From: Antedon mediterranea
Lineage: Eukaryota > Animalia > Echinodermata
Length of the DNA stretch: 64,000 nt
Reading direction: 5' to 3'
Assembly: GCF_964355755.1 (NCBI RefSeq)
Contig: NC_092676.1
Location: 16,572,871-16,636,870, forward strand
Shown here: piece after piece, positions 38,502-52,305 of the stretch
How the letters are laid out: the number at the start of each line of letters is the position of its first letter
Numbering within the stretch: the stretch's first letter is position 1
Translations under genes and position numbers: made by a program
Notes under the pieces: generated by a model
The model's input: the letters and a program-made list of their open reading frames with translations, nothing else
The model's database searches: none
Told to the model about the DNA's origin: nothing

Positions 38502-39313
38502 TAATCAGAGATGCCAGATTTTTAACTGACTAAATTTTATGGAGTTTACAAAAAGTAATTCTGATATTTTTTTTTGTACAATTTGAACTGAAATAAATTG
38601 TGTTCACAATTTGCAAATGGTAAATTTATCGCCACAAAAATATTGTACAGAGAGATGATCATACATCTGTATGCCTACCATTGCCCGATATAGAGTTTAG
38701 CCATTTACAGTACTTCAGTTGCCACTATTTTTCTCAGAAACATTTTTCGTATTAAGAATATTTACAGGAAAAAGGCTTTTAATTTCACATTGCAATCTAC
38801 AATTCAATGCATTACTTGCTTGCTTGTTTGCATAGCTATCCTCATTATTGGGGACATTTCGCCGTCATTGACATTATGTTGGCATAGCACAACAATGAGA
38901 GACGTTAATTTTGATGAGAAGGTCATGGAACACTAATTAATTTTAAAAACAACTAAAAACCTGGGACCTGTAACCCTTGGTAGGGACCCTGACGGGTACT
39001 CTCCCTCCGGGTCAAAGGGATCCCGAAACTCATCGGTGGGCAGGGGCGCTCATCTCCCTGTTCAGGACTATTCCTGATGATTACCCAAGCATGTCATTTC
39101 TTAACATTGGAAATAGAGAATTTATTGTGAATTACAGTATGATAGAATTTGTGTTTTTTAAATTAAAAATTCAATTCAATGCATGTCATTTTGTGTGAAA
39201 GATACAAATTGCACAACAGTTTTACCTGCTTAATTTTGAAATTGGCATAACATTGTTAAGTAAAGTAATTCTAGTCATGTATATTATGTAAAACCATTGG
39301 TTTTTTTTTTCAG

Positions 39314-39458
39314 GTAAACCATACCTTGGAAAGCCAAGTGATATGTGGGCTTTGGGGGTCGTTCTGTTCACAATGTTGTTTGGTCAGTTTCCATTCTACG
39401 ATATCGTTCCAGATGAATTATTCCGTAAAATAAAGGCTGCAGAATTTTCAATTCCAAA
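39314..39458 (+). CDS. STK40: STK40 coding exon 5
   Basis: GKPYLGKPSDMWALGVVLFTMLFGQFPFYDIVPDELFRKIKAAEFSIP; phases 1/2; not in the ORF track. Confidence 0.93.
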
Positions 39459-42400
39459 GTAAGATAATTCAATTCTTTAGTGTGTTTGAAAAATAACTAA
39501 ATATAACTAATGAAATAATATGATTTTCTACAAACTTTACACCTCCTTTCAATAATTTCTGTCGGTAGTTTAAACGGAAAAACCATTCATAGAAAAGGCC
39601 TCCCTTTCACCTTTTAAACATAGGAACTGCAGCTGACTAGACCCCTTCTCTAAATTTACCTACCTATTGTTGCTCTTCTTTAGCAAGATAAATCATATAT
39701 GAGCCTACATGGTATGTATTATTAATGCCATTGAACGTAAAAGTCTAGAAACTTGTCAAGTACAGTACTTTAAGGAAATAGACTGTACTTGTACCTTAAA
39801 TTTCAAGTCATTTTCTTTTTCTTTCACATTTTTGATCAATTTAATTTGTGTCTTCCTATGAAATGCTTGCAAATTTCTTAAGCCTTACAAATTTGTAATT
39901 TATTATTTTTCATTAAATAAGGCTGCAAGTAGTCTCAAGGAGGATATATAGGATAAAAAATAATAGCAAAGCATTAATATTCAACTATTTTTGTAATTTA
40001 CTGACCTCGTTGTTGATATTAGGTTAATTTAGGCAAGTCTCGGATATTAAGTGCAGTTAATAATAGAATTATCCCTAGGCTTCTTACAGTTCAATTTGGT
40101 TTTAAAATTGGTCATTAATAATTTAATGTATCTTAACATTGGAAGTAGAGAATTAATTGTAAATTATGATAAAAGTTATGTCAAGTTTGTGTTTTTTAAA
40201 TTAAAAAATAACTGATTTCTTTTAGTATTTTTGTTGATTGATTGTCCTCTATCGGTCATGAATATAATATGTACCGTAGTTAATAAGGAACATCCAACTG
40301 TGTTTATATAGATAAGTAGTGTTGATGGAATTTTAAAGTTGAAGGAACTGGCATGCCACTTTGTTGCCGCTACTATTTCGTACTTATCGTATACGCCACT
40401 GAATATAATTCAGATGTTTACCAACTAAAAACTTGTACATGTCAAATTGTCAAGTATACATAGGGTTAGGGTTTATCCTATGTAAAATACAGACGTTCTA
40501 CTGTAATCCCCTCAAGTTAACAATTTTCGGAAGTTTTAATGTCATTTAATAGCACGTTTTAATAGATTTCACACATTTTAAATTCATCACAAAATACTTA
40601 AGGCAATGGGTATTTCAGTGTTTACCAGAGGTAATGTACGTTGTGCATTCTAGCTAATTGAACGTAAATACAGTGGGATTGTATTAAACACAGAAATAAC
40701 CTTTTAAAAGAACAGTAAATGTGGGGGTTTGAAAAATGTTTTTATCTTATAACCTTAGCAAAGAATATTAATAGGTAAAGAATCAACAGTACACACTGTT
40801 ATATATAGAAGGATAGGAAACGCGGACGTGCTTTCATGGACGCGTAAGAATCCAGCAGCCGAACGACGGCGGGCTCTAGATATGGTTCCCGTCTAATTCA
40901 ACGTTTGGATGGATCGTGATGATCTGATGTGTTCTCGCGTCTGTGCTCTACTAATTTTGATATTATTAATATTTTGATAATCATTTTGATAAATAATCAT
41001 CGTTTGCATTTTTATAGATAGTTTTACCTTACCCATGCCTGAAGGTGGCGCACTTCTTCTAGCGAAAAAGAAGTGCGCCACCTTCAGGCGTAGGCAAATA
41101 GTAACCCGGATGTGGTTTACGCCGCCAACGGAACTGTTGTATCTTCTCCTTTTATTTTTGGTATTAGGTAATAAAACTGACGTGCAAAGAAGAAATAAAG
41201 AAACTAAAACACAAAATGATGTACCAGTAACTTATAATTAACATAAATTATTTATGGCTTTCTTTTCGACATTCAGTTTATCTTGACAACACACAACGAT
41301 TCTTAGGTTATTTTCAGAAGAATGTTTACTGATAATAAAGTCAGAAATAATTTATTCATATTTTACTGTCAAGTAACATTCAGAGAGTATTCATTCAAGA
41401 TAAATTAGTGACTTTGAATTTTAATGAAACACTAAAAATCTCTAAATATATTAATGATTTTTTTTAGAAAAGAAATGAATAATAATATTATATTAGTAAA
41501 TTTTACCATACTATTAAAATGGCAAACTTATATTTTTATAATCTACTGTGTCGTTCTGTTTCAGTAAAATAGGAAGATTCTAGAGTTATTATTATTATGG
41601 ACAATTTTTTCATGTATTTTTTTTATGATAATGCTGTTAGTGTCATACTTTCACTTTAGTGTGATGATTAATGCACTGTAGTTCTAAGTAGTGTATGTTA
41701 GTTTCCAAATTAATTTAATTCCTATTAAGTCTGAAAATAGACTTCACTACAAAAAGTTTCAAAAGTTAAAAACATTATACAAACACAGTTGTTTGTATAC
41801 ACTCTGTATAAATTAAGCCAATCTAGTGCTCTGTGGAATTTTGTGTAATAATAAGTCTAAAATTGCGATATATTGATTATTTATTGGTAAACACACGATC
41901 ATCCATTGCGTCTGTATGCGATTCCTACAACCTGTCACAATGCGATGAATGTTTGAATAGGCACCATTAAATTTGGTGTATTTGCAGTTTGGTGTATTTG
42001 CAGTAGTGCGTTATAGCTTCATTATACTTTTTTATACAAATTGTTTCGAACTGAATGTTGAGTAGATTTGAATGTGAATCCAGGAAGTCAGTACAGCATG
42101 ACTGCAATAATCTCATTTGGTTCAATTACATTACTGTATGTATAATTTAAAAAGGCAAATTCATTCATGTTAGCAATCAATTAATTAAAGTAATTAAAAC
42201 ATTTACATCATCCAGGAATTGAATGAAGCAAGTCTTTGTCAAAAACGGATAAAGAAGTGGTAGTGACTCAGTTACCACTTTACTATATGAATGCTTTTGT
42301 TACTCCATCCTTTGTCATTGCCCCACCTGTTGAAGAGTAAATCTTCCTTGCATGTAATTGATCACTCAATAAATTAATTATTTACATAATTAAGAAAGAC

Positions 42401-42758
42401 AGGTTGGCTATAATTAGATTTGTAGTATGAGTGAAAGGTGTCTATGCTATGTAGAGCATGAACTGCTGTAACATGCTGTTTGACCTCTTTAATAATAATA
42501 ATTATGCATTGACTGTTTCTTTGTAATGTGTGATGTATGTTTTTAAAACTTTTCCTAACACATTAAAAAACATAACTTAAGACTAAAGAGGTATTTGATG
42601 AGCTAAACTAAATTTTTGGAATACTTGCTTACATGGTGTGAAATATGGGAATCTGCATACACTAGTTTTTCCATGGTTCTTTTTAGTGTTCTATTATTTA
42701 AGCTCCTTTTGCTGAGTATTTTATACTATAATAATAATAATATTTTATTATTTCACAG

Positions 42759-42878
42759 TGATGGACGTGTATCAGAGAGTAATTGTGCATTGATACGTGG
42801 TCTGTTGGTGTTGGATCCAACAAGAAGGCTTACTGCTTCACAAGTACTCGATGCTCTATCTAATACTCTATCTATATG
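42759..42878 (+). CDS. STK40: STK40 coding exon 6
   Basis: DGRVSESNCALIRGLLVLDPTRRLTASQVLDAL; phases 2/2. Confidence 0.92.
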
Positions 42879-43390
42879 GTAGGTTTAATACATTTGTTAA
42901 GTGCTTCCATGAAGAAGCACCCTGTCTCAATAGTATGGTACTTTTACTAAAGCACTAAATTAAATACATTTAGGCCATGGGAAATGAACAATAGGAAGCT
43001 TTTGATTTGCAATCAACCGATGACCAAACTATGTCATGTTAGTTCATTGTGCACATGTGTAGATATTGGGACGTGTATTCTTGATCGATCTGAACATACC
43101 CTAACTAGTCTTCTGCTTACTTATTTGGCTTTTGGACCTTTGGAAAATGAAATATAGAGAGGTTTATGAAACCATAGAGGGCGCTATAATAATACATCAC
43201 CCCATAGAAGGCGCTATTAAAAAAGCCAAAAATATTGGCATCTATAATGCTTGCCGAATACGAAAAATGTGGAGCCAACTCATTATTTCACTTATTAACC
43301 AACGCATGCTATAAACATCCTACGGACCGATATTGGTATGTTTTCTATTCTCTTATTAATGTCTAGAGTAGTTGAAATGATGAATTTAAC

Positions 43391-44276
43391 ATATCGGGAG
43401 ACTCCTGCTATTATCAGGAGACTCTTGCCAATATCGGGAGACTCCTGCTAATAGGGAGTTTTCGCAACCTTACGAATACGATAACAAAAACGGATACGTC
43501 GCACATTTGTGAAACTTTTGAGCTGATCCCCATTTCATATTCGTAAAGCGTATTCGTGTTGACGAATATCACCATTCATATTCGTAACTACAAAACGAGT
43601 ATAGTTTTTGATCTATTTTGCACATTTTGAATCAGGAATGATTCATGATTATAATATAATTATACTTTTATTGAAAATAATTTACTAAAATGCCAGGTAA
43701 ATTTTGATAAATAGCAGTTTTTAAAGTCCTCACTCGCTTTGATGTTACGCTAGGCCTAGGGAGCCAAGCACCAAGCAACACGTACCTGCGCTTCGCTCAA
43801 ATTTACTGCAGTCATATTTTGGACGGCAGCCTCAATATTTTGTTGCCATGCGAAACAGATTTTTCCTGGCTTACGAAAAACGAATACGTGTGTGTGACGT
43901 ATCCGTTTTCGTTATCGTATTTGTAAGATTGCGAAAACTCCCTATTATCAGGAGACTCTTGCCATTATCGGGAGACTCCTGCTATTATCAGGAGATTCTT
44001 GCCATTATCGGGAGACTCCTGCCATTATCGGGAGACTCCTGCCATTATCGGGAGACTCTTGCCATTATCGGGAGACTCCTGCCATTATCAGGAGACTCTT
44101 GCCATTATCGGGAGACTCCTGCTATTATCAGGAGACTCTTGCCATTATCGGGAGACTCCTGCTATTATCAGGAGACTCTTGCCATTATCGGGAGACTCCT
44201 GCCATTATTAGAAGACTCCTGCCATTATCAGGAGACTCCTGCCATTATTAGAAGACTCCTGCCATTATCGGGAGAG
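43391..44276. repeat. 20-bp minisatellite (GGAGACTCCTGCCATTATCG) interrupted by a MITE
   Basis: About 3 units at 43391-43450 and about 17 at 43943-44276; accounts for ORFs 43848 and 43999. Confidence 0.95.
43453..43943. mobile_element. MITE with ~55-bp TIRs (PIF/ISL2EU-like ends)
   Basis: AT|AGGGAGTTTTCGCAACCTTACGAATACGATAAC ... GTTATCGTATTTGTAAGATTGCGAAAACTCCCT|AT. Confidence 0.8.
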
Positions 44277-44387
44277 CTGATAGGTCTTCTGATGAGAACC
44301 TTAATGCTTTTTCCTTAGCCTTACCAGGAATTCAACCCCCTGGTTTTACTATAAAGCAGCTATAAAAGTTGTTTTCTATGCTTCTAG

Positions 44388-44667
44388 GAACAGTATGCGG
44401 TCACATAAGGATACACTGCAAGTTGTTCCAGACATCGATGATGTAGTCGAAGACGAGGAGAAGGAAGAACAGCAAGTAGAACCAACAGAACTAGAGACGA
44501 AACTAAAAAAGGCTGAGCTTTCAATGAAAGCAGAACACAAGCCATTAGCATCAATTAGGAAAATTACTTCACACATAGGTATGCCACAAATCAGACGAGT
44601 TGAAGATGATGCTCGACCTCTGACCCAAGCAGAAATGATTACGCACCGTCACATTATATCTCAATAA
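44388..44667 (+). CDS. STK40: STK40 last exon (COP1-binding VP motif)
   Basis: CTTCTAG| acceptor; LQVVPDIDD motif; stop TAA at 44665-44667. Confidence 0.88.
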
Positions 44668-44689
44668 TATTGGTTTATTTTCCAATATA

Positions 44690-45110
44690 CAAATAATGTA
44701 ATTACAAAACTGTATATTAAACAATTGTTTTCCAATATACAAATAATGTGACAGCAACATGGTATATATTAAACATTTTTTTATTACAATTAATGTGACA
44801 GCAACATGGTATATATTAAACAATTTTTTTATTACAAATAATGTGACTGCAAACATGGTATATTAAATCATTTTTTTATTACAAATACAGTAATGTGACC
44901 ACAATATTGTATAATAAATAATTTTTTTATTACAAATAATGTGGCCACAACATTGTGTATTAAATACATGTTTTTATTACAAATAATGTGACCACAACAT
45001 TGTGTATTAAATACATTTTTTTACAAATAATGTAACCATTGTATTGAATCACTTTTTTTAAATTTCAAAAATAATTTAATCATTATTTTATTACAAATAA
45101 TGTAATTAAT
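44690..45110. repeat. Degenerate ~45-50-bp AT-rich tandem repeat in the STK40 3' UTR
   Basis: Recurring TTATTACAAATAATGTGAC..CAACAT.GT.TATTAAA. Confidence 0.75.
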
Positions 45111-46500
45111 TAATTAAATGAAAGTTTTTTTCTTTCTTCCATATTATGCTATGAAGTACATAGCGTCATGATTAAAGAAAACATTGGAAAAGAACAAAGA
45201 AAACATGAAAGTAAATAATAATAATAAAAATAATAATAATTTTTTTCTTGTAGCTAGTAGAATGAATTGTGGGAAATGAATAGCCACCCAGATCTTTGTT
45301 ACATTAGTATTATGTACTTGAATTCAAATGTGTGATTTTTATTTCAGTATTTACTAAAAGCAACACACACAGTACTGTAATACATTGTTTTTATAAGACT
45401 ATATTATTTGTACACAATTATTATTATTAATAATTTAATTATTTACTGTAATGATAAATTAATTAATTGAATTATTGTGCTTAATTTATGTACAAAATAT
45501 TTTTAGCTTTGCAAACCATGCATCATTAACTTAAATAAAAAATAAATACCCGTTTTTGGGTAAATAGCTGTTAGACTGTACATAAGTTCTTACACCAATG
45601 ATGTACAGTGTTGTGAAAACTCTAGCTTTAATACATAAATTATATATACACTCTTCTACATTACTTGTTATTACTTATACTGTAATTTTACATATTATAT
45701 ACAAATTATATTTGTTTCCATATATATCTGAAATATATTTAATATTATAGAATACTATCTCTGGGTATGGCCATAAGTATTTGTATGTGCATATGGCTTT
45801 AACATGTTTTCACATTTTTTGGGGGCTGGTAATCCAAATTATCATGTACTGGTATAAAAAGCTATCAGTGATGCCCTTAAGTTGTCAGTTATGTCAGTGC
45901 CTTTTAAATGTGTGCACCAACTATTTTGTATGTATATTTTTGGTAGTTTGGGCCCACAATTGTATATGTGTAGACACACACACTCATGTTTGTGATACAC
46001 ACCTTTGTTGTTGTGTGCACACAATTCTGTATGTGTACACATGATATTTTGTGTTGTGTACACATGATTTTGTATGTATTTTACGCAACATGCAGTTGTG
46101 TGACACATATTTGTGTATGTGTACACACAATTATAGGAAGCGCACACAAATCTGTATGAGTCAGTGTAGTACACATACTATTATTGGAGGTGTGTGCTTT
46201 TGCATGTATACTATTTGAGGTATTTGCAGATAATTCTGTGTACATTTTTTGTTGCACTTAAAATTAGTCAATATTGCACACATTTTTGTTTGTTTCAAAA
46301 CTGGTCTTGGTTTCAGACTGGTGAATACAAATTAATGACACTGAACTTTATAAAGTAAGAGTTGCACTTGGGTTGTTGGGTTTATTGTAGGAAATAAAAT
46401 CTTGTCAGCCGTAGGCTATGTTTAAACTTATCAAGCGCTTGCAGCATCCTTTAGAGGGCTTCTGTGTGGTGAACTTCCTAAAGATAACATGTATTGTTAA

Positions 46501-46655
46501 TGCGTAGTTGATGTCTACTAGTCTGGACATCACTGTAGTGCGTAGTTGATGTCCACTAGTCTGGACATCACTGTAGTGCGTAGTTGATGTCCACTAGTCT
46601 GGACATCACTTTAGTGCGTAGTTGATGTCCACTAGTCTGGACATCACTGTAGTGC
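46501..46655. repeat. 38-bp tandem repeat x4, each unit with an internal hairpin
   Basis: Unit TGCGTAGTTGATGTCCACTAGTCTGGACATCACTGTAG; stem TGATGTCCA / TGGACATCA. Confidence 0.92.
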
Positions 46656-49600
46656 TTAGATGGCCACTTACTATTATCTGCTATTTTTCTTAACTAAATG
46701 TCTCTCTTCCTTCAAACTGCATGTTTTGTCGTACCCAATTCATCCAAGTCTTTCCTTATCAAAGGATGACAAAATCATTGTCGTATATCTTGATATGAAA
46801 GCTATTCAATTTACCCTTCTGTTTGTATAGATACTGTACCATCTTAGCCCTACACATTTGAATATTTATTTACTTTACTTCACCCAGTAGTATGGTATGT
46901 CAGTTGGTCATTTTACAGAATAATCACCTAAATATGATGTTTTAAATATAAATAAATATATGTTTTATTTGTTTATTGTGTTTAAATACTAAATAATTAA
47001 ATACTGTAATAAGTTGTTACAAAGGATGATTGAAGATACACACAGTGTATGCCTATTTGTTGGTTTACAATTTAAAAAATAATGATTTAAAAAAATCAGC
47101 GATGAATATTATTTATAACAAAATAGATTGATTTGTAACAATTTCGTAAACAATGAACTATTGATTGAATTAATTTATTGGACATAATGATTGGTTTTTT
47201 GATTATTGAAAAAAAATAGTTGATTGATATAGCACAAGTTCCTTTTACCGCCATGTTGGTTGAAATAGTTTAAAGCACATTGTTACTATTCATGGTTTGT
47301 GAATTTAAACAAATTATAAATCATAAAGGAGTGAATATATTCCTACACAATTTTGGATCGTGAGTAGAGTAATATAATAAATTAAAAAAATTATATAATA
47401 GTTTTAGGTACATTTTATTAGTGAATGGTATATCATAAAACATGGATAAACGATCGAAGCATAAACTAATTCAGTATAGAACCCATAGAGACAACCTTAT
47501 TCCCGCGAAATGAACGAGGAAAACATTACATAATATTTTAATTGCCCTCCTGAAAAAAATAATTGTTACATTTAGGCCTACTTTTGACCAAAAATTGGAT
47601 CGAAAAAAAAAACAACCCAAAAGTAGTCAAATTATTTGTTTTTCTGTGGAAGTGAATAACTTCATTAAAACTACAAAATGGGCGGATTTTATAAATTTTT
47701 ATTTTTCATGATTTTGAGGGACATACATCTTTATTTATACGGCCAAATCCTAGTAGATACTAGGTCCTGAATGTGTCCTTATATTAGAGGTTCAATTGTA
47801 ATTGTGAAAGTTTGAAGACGAATCCATTAATTTCGTCTGAAACGCATAACAGGCTTTTATTATGTCATATAATTAATTTTATAATTAAAGAAAAAACACA
47901 CAATTTCGTCTAGCTAACCAACTAGTAAGTTTATTGTTGTACATCTTTATGAAGAATACATACTCTATTAAAACCTGATTAAATTATGATTGATGTTCGG
48001 CTAAAACTGTTATTTGGGCCTAAATAAAATGTATTTCTGAAGACGTAATTTAGTTCAATGTTAAATTTATTATTTGGATGAGTTAGCCTATGCTGTAATT
48101 AGACCGCATTTATATATTAAAATTCATGATGCTGTGTATATCATTAAAAATGGAAAATACTGACGGTTAATATTTATGATTGATGCTGTACCATGTTAAA
48201 ATACAATGCTAAGTTTACACAATGCATACAATTAGAGCTTAAATAATTAATACCGTAAACTATTTTAAATTGTGATTTGAGTGCTATAGGTTTAATTGAT
48301 ACACTTATTGTTACTTAGTTTTAAAAGTCTTACAATATTCTTCAGTAGTAGTGGACGATTTTTTATTTAATTGACCATTCAACATTTTACATTAATACAT
48401 CTGAATGTATGTGATAGAGTATGAATCTGCAAAAAAACCTTTGTTAATAATTTTTTCACAGAAAAATCAAGATATTCCCTAACTAGAAGGTCTATAACGT
48501 TGTATGTTTTAACCAGGGCTCACTGGTGTTAATGAAGTAGTATTGATTACAGACCGTTATTGTTAAAATTAAAATACTACTGAAATCGGAAGTGAAAATA
48601 CAATTAAGAAAAAACTGCTAATTATATGCCTTGTTAAAACTATAAATTGTACTTAATTAGTTCATTACTGTATTCTGAAAAATATGATTGTATATTAAAA
48701 AACATTCATTTACATAGAAGTTGTGAGTTTTCTGAAAATATTGTGAAAAAGAGTCTGATTAAAAATCTTACAATTTACGCCAGAAAGAACGTGCTCACGT
48801 ATTTTGATCAATTCAACCGGTGTTTTGAAGTAATTTTAAAATTCAGTAGACATTGTCCAGAAAAAACAATCCATTAATTTTTATTTATGGTGTTTCAGTC
48901 ATAATAGGGTGAAAACGTAAATTTCAAGGGTAGCCCCGTTCATATTTTCCCAACTTCAGACATGCGTAATTAATAGAAAAAAAGAAAAGAATTATCTAAG
49001 CTTTCCTTTGACAAATAGGTCTATATATTAACGTTACCTCCCTGCTCAATGTGTGTTCATTCTGTCTTTTTTTGTCTTATGTAGGTGTGTTGTATTCTTT
49101 CTTAATGAAAGAAATTCAATCTAAAAGATTGAAATTTCAACAGAGATTTTATTGTTGTATTTTGTGAAGTCATCAAATGTGGTATAACTTTGTATTGTTT
49201 GCAAGAAAATTCCAATGATCACCCATCCAAAAACTTCACAATCTGTTGTGTACGTTTACCACGGTTTTATGAACTTGACACGAGTTGTCCCAGGTTAATG
49301 ATAATACAAATGAACAATGTAAATATATAGGCCAGACAATGTCAATTGATATAACACACTGATGTGTCAAAATCATTCCTAATTGGTTGGTGCTATATAC
49401 ACGCAATCGATCAATTTCTATGCGTACAAGTCAAACGTTATCTTTCAACACATACCTGTACTGTAAACTATCGGTAGCTCAGACAACTATTTGTATTTGT
49501 ATTGACTATCAGTGATTGGAAGTAGAAGCAGTTAGCAGCCTATCTTATGAGTCATCTCTTGTTCGCTTAATCCGCGAGGGTTCGTGGAATTCAGATCACA

Positions 49601-49840
49601 AATAACATTCATTAAATATCTACAGCCGGATTTAAACTATTTTTGATTAACTTAAGTTACTGTTATTAGTTACAGGAGTTGTATTGCGGGAATCGGCAAA
49701 CGGCTGTGTTCATTTAGTAACTTGTGTTTATGTTGGTGGTTCGCTGCATGATTAATCGATGCAAAGCACGTAAAATATATTGACTCAAGGTTTTGAAAAA
49801 GTAAGCTGTAGGACCCTCTTGAGGCCATTGGTATTTTACC

Positions 49841-49939
49841 ATGGCGGCCGATATACAGACAGCAGAGGCTTCGATGATGATGTGTACGTTGACAAATACA
49901 CAAGAATCAAACAATGAAATACAATCTATGATGAATGAG
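49841..49939 (+). CDS. Type-1 cystatin (stefin) gene 2, exon 1 of 3 (join 49841-49939, 50875-50976, 52306-52425; 106 aa)
   Basis: Kozak-like ACCATGG; MAADIQTAEASMMMCTLTNTQESNNEIQSMMNE|GTAAGT, phase 0. Confidence 0.75.
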
Positions 49940-50874
49940 GTAAGTTTAACACCTTATTAATTGCGATTTAGTTGAACAGATCTAACATTGTGCACAATTA
50001 ATAATAGACCTTATAAAATGTTTTTACTGTATTGTTTACGGTTATTACTAATTTATTAGCCCAGGTGTATGTGGTTTCGGGGGTGGGGGGGGGGGGGGGT
50101 GTTATGTATCTTTTTACACGTATCATGTCATGCACTTAATACCAAAACAAAACGGTTTAGGTGCTCGTTTGTACCTAATGCTATACACTTATATAACTCC
50201 AGAGTACAAAGGTAAAATGTAACCGATAATTTTTATCTAATTTTAACAATTTTTAGCCTCTTAACTTTTTGTGTTTTTTTGTAAATTGTATTTTATATTT
50301 TTGTTTTTGCCAGTTTTCAAATCACATTTCTGTTTTTTTAAATGGACAATAAAGTATATATGACTATGACTATGACTATGACTATGTCATACAGAGAGGC
50401 AGACCTGGCCCAATATAGGACACCCACGACCCCCACCCCCCACCAACGTTAGATTTTTCGATTTTTTAATTTTATATATTTATTATATATATTTTTTGTG
50501 CAATAAAATACGATATGGAAATATCGAAACTCTCCTACATTTCAGTCAACTTCCCCATCCTATCTACGGTAAAATACCGTAGCCTTTAGGCCTATAAATA
50601 ATTGACACTTTAGGCCCTCCTCTCTGTTAAAGTTGAGGGTAAAAGCTACAGTGTGTTTAATATCAGGTATAATACAATTAAAGAAGAACAAATTTTAACG
50701 CGTAATGTATTTTAAAAGGTTTATTTTAGAATAATTGATTATAGTTTTTTTTGGCTGTTTTTAAAACTTAAAATGGACATAGCCCTAATTGGCCTGTTGT
50801 ATAGGCCTACAAAACATGTTATAAAACCATGGCCCTATTCTAAAAATAAACCAGTGTAAACTATTTATTTATAG

Positions 50875-50976
50875 GTTCGTTGTAAGGCCGAACAAGCAGT
50901 CGGAAGGAGTTTTACACACTATGAAGCTACTCAATTTGCTACTCAACTTGTTAATGGTGTCAACTATTTTGTAAAG
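50875..50976 (+). CDS. Stefin gene 2 exon 2 (QLVNG loop)
   Basis: 102-nt exon VRCKAEQAVGRSFTHYEATQFATQLVNGVNYFVK. Confidence 0.9.
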
Positions 50977-51100
50977 GTGATTTGTTTTAAATACACATGT
51001 ATTATTACATGACGTACGTGATTGGATATTTTAAACAATTATAGACATATAATCGTAATGACAACCATGGGAGAATATTGTTTAGGTTGAGTAGGCCTAA

Positions 51101-51162
51101 AGCCGATTTTCCACTAGGCGAATTTGTTCGCGCGAACAAATTCGCCTAGTGGAAAATCGGCT
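51101..51162. mobile_element. 62-bp perfect palindrome: TIR-only Harbinger-type mini-element
   Basis: Two 31-bp arms with no spacer, TAA on both sides; same TIR as 55648-55847. Confidence 0.88.
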
Positions 51163-51449
51163 TAAAGATGAGAAGAACATTCTCTGTGACTACATGTAGG
51201 TAGGGAGTTGTACCAAATGGAGTGGCCTTGTTTGGATATAATTTGTCCTTCTAAAAGATTTGAACAATATGGATAATGTGTTACCTTCTGTGACCATAAT
51301 GTTCCCACTGTTACCCATCTGGTGCTAAGTCCCAACGAAGATAACAGTTTGATTTATCAGCCATCAGTCAGTGATGTACTGTCATAATATCACTGGTATA
51401 TCTTCACAATCTTTCTTTCTTTCTTGGAGATCCAAGAAACATTTATTAT

Positions 51450-51890
51450 ATATGGCCTTTGGCCCAAATAATATACAATGTAATACAATATTAAATAAAT
51501 ATCAGTTGAGTGCGTATAAAAATTCTGTTCTACGTTTAAATGAAAAAAATAAATATTTTCCAAGTTTAACAATAAGATCAGTATTTGTGGCAGACATAAG
51601 ATAAATATATTTGAATTTAGTTTGGTTGTTTGTATAAAAGGAAAACATATATTTAGTTCTAATATCTGAATAAAATGGACAAACTAAAGTGAAATGATAT
51701 TCATCTTCAATTGATTGTAAAGCACATAATTTGCATAATCTTTCATTTCTATTTATACAATTCCATCTTCCTTTTTCAATTTCTAATTCTAAAATTCCTA
51801 GTCGTATCTTAGTCATAATTTGTCTATGTTTGTAATTTGTTACTTTTGTTAGATATTCTTCAATTCCAAACAATCGAAACACAATATATT
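51450..51890 (-). mobile_element. 3' end fragment of a non-LTR retrotransposon (RTE-X/CR1-group-like)
   Basis: ORF 51502-51882 has LEIEKGRW...ERLCKLC...IEDEYHFTLVCPFYSDIR, the C-terminal CCHC region of LINE ORF2. Confidence 0.8.
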
Positions 51891-52305
51891 TCTTATTACT
51901 ACTAATAAAATAGATTCATAAAATGTATTGCCATTAACAAACGCGTCTTCCAAGCTAAATTAACACAAACAGTAATTGTGAAAAACACATTACAAAAATA
52001 AGAACTTTCACACGGCTTAATTCAACAGAATTTTTTAGTGTTGTACAGTATCGCATAGGCCTCTACATGCGTTTATTTTACTCATACATAATTTTTAGAG
52101 TGGCTTTAGGCGTATTAAAATATGTATTAAACATATTTTATTAGGTCTATAGGCTATAATAGGCTATGGGTTTTTGCAGAAGTGACATGTTTTTCGGTAC
52201 CGTTCGTAGGCCGATTCTACGTTTTTGTGTTTTATGTAAAGTAGTGCTAATTATACTGTAAAATATCCTAACAATTTATTATCTAAAACTTGTTTTATTT
52301 TTCAG

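Noticed and set aside
38960-39090. Hammerhead-like CTGACGG...CGAAAC island
   Set aside because: The core has G at the conserved A9 position and I could not build stems I and III
43848-44318. 156-aa and 70-aa repeat ORFs
   Set aside because: Translations of the 20-bp minisatellite and MITE end
45781-46174. Overlapping Cys/His/Thr-rich ORFs
   Set aside because: Product of degenerate (GT/AC)-rich low-complexity sequence downstream of STK40
46501-46655. CRISPR-like palindromic repeats
   Set aside because: Linkers are identical rather than unique spacers, there are no cas genes, and the context is eukaryotic
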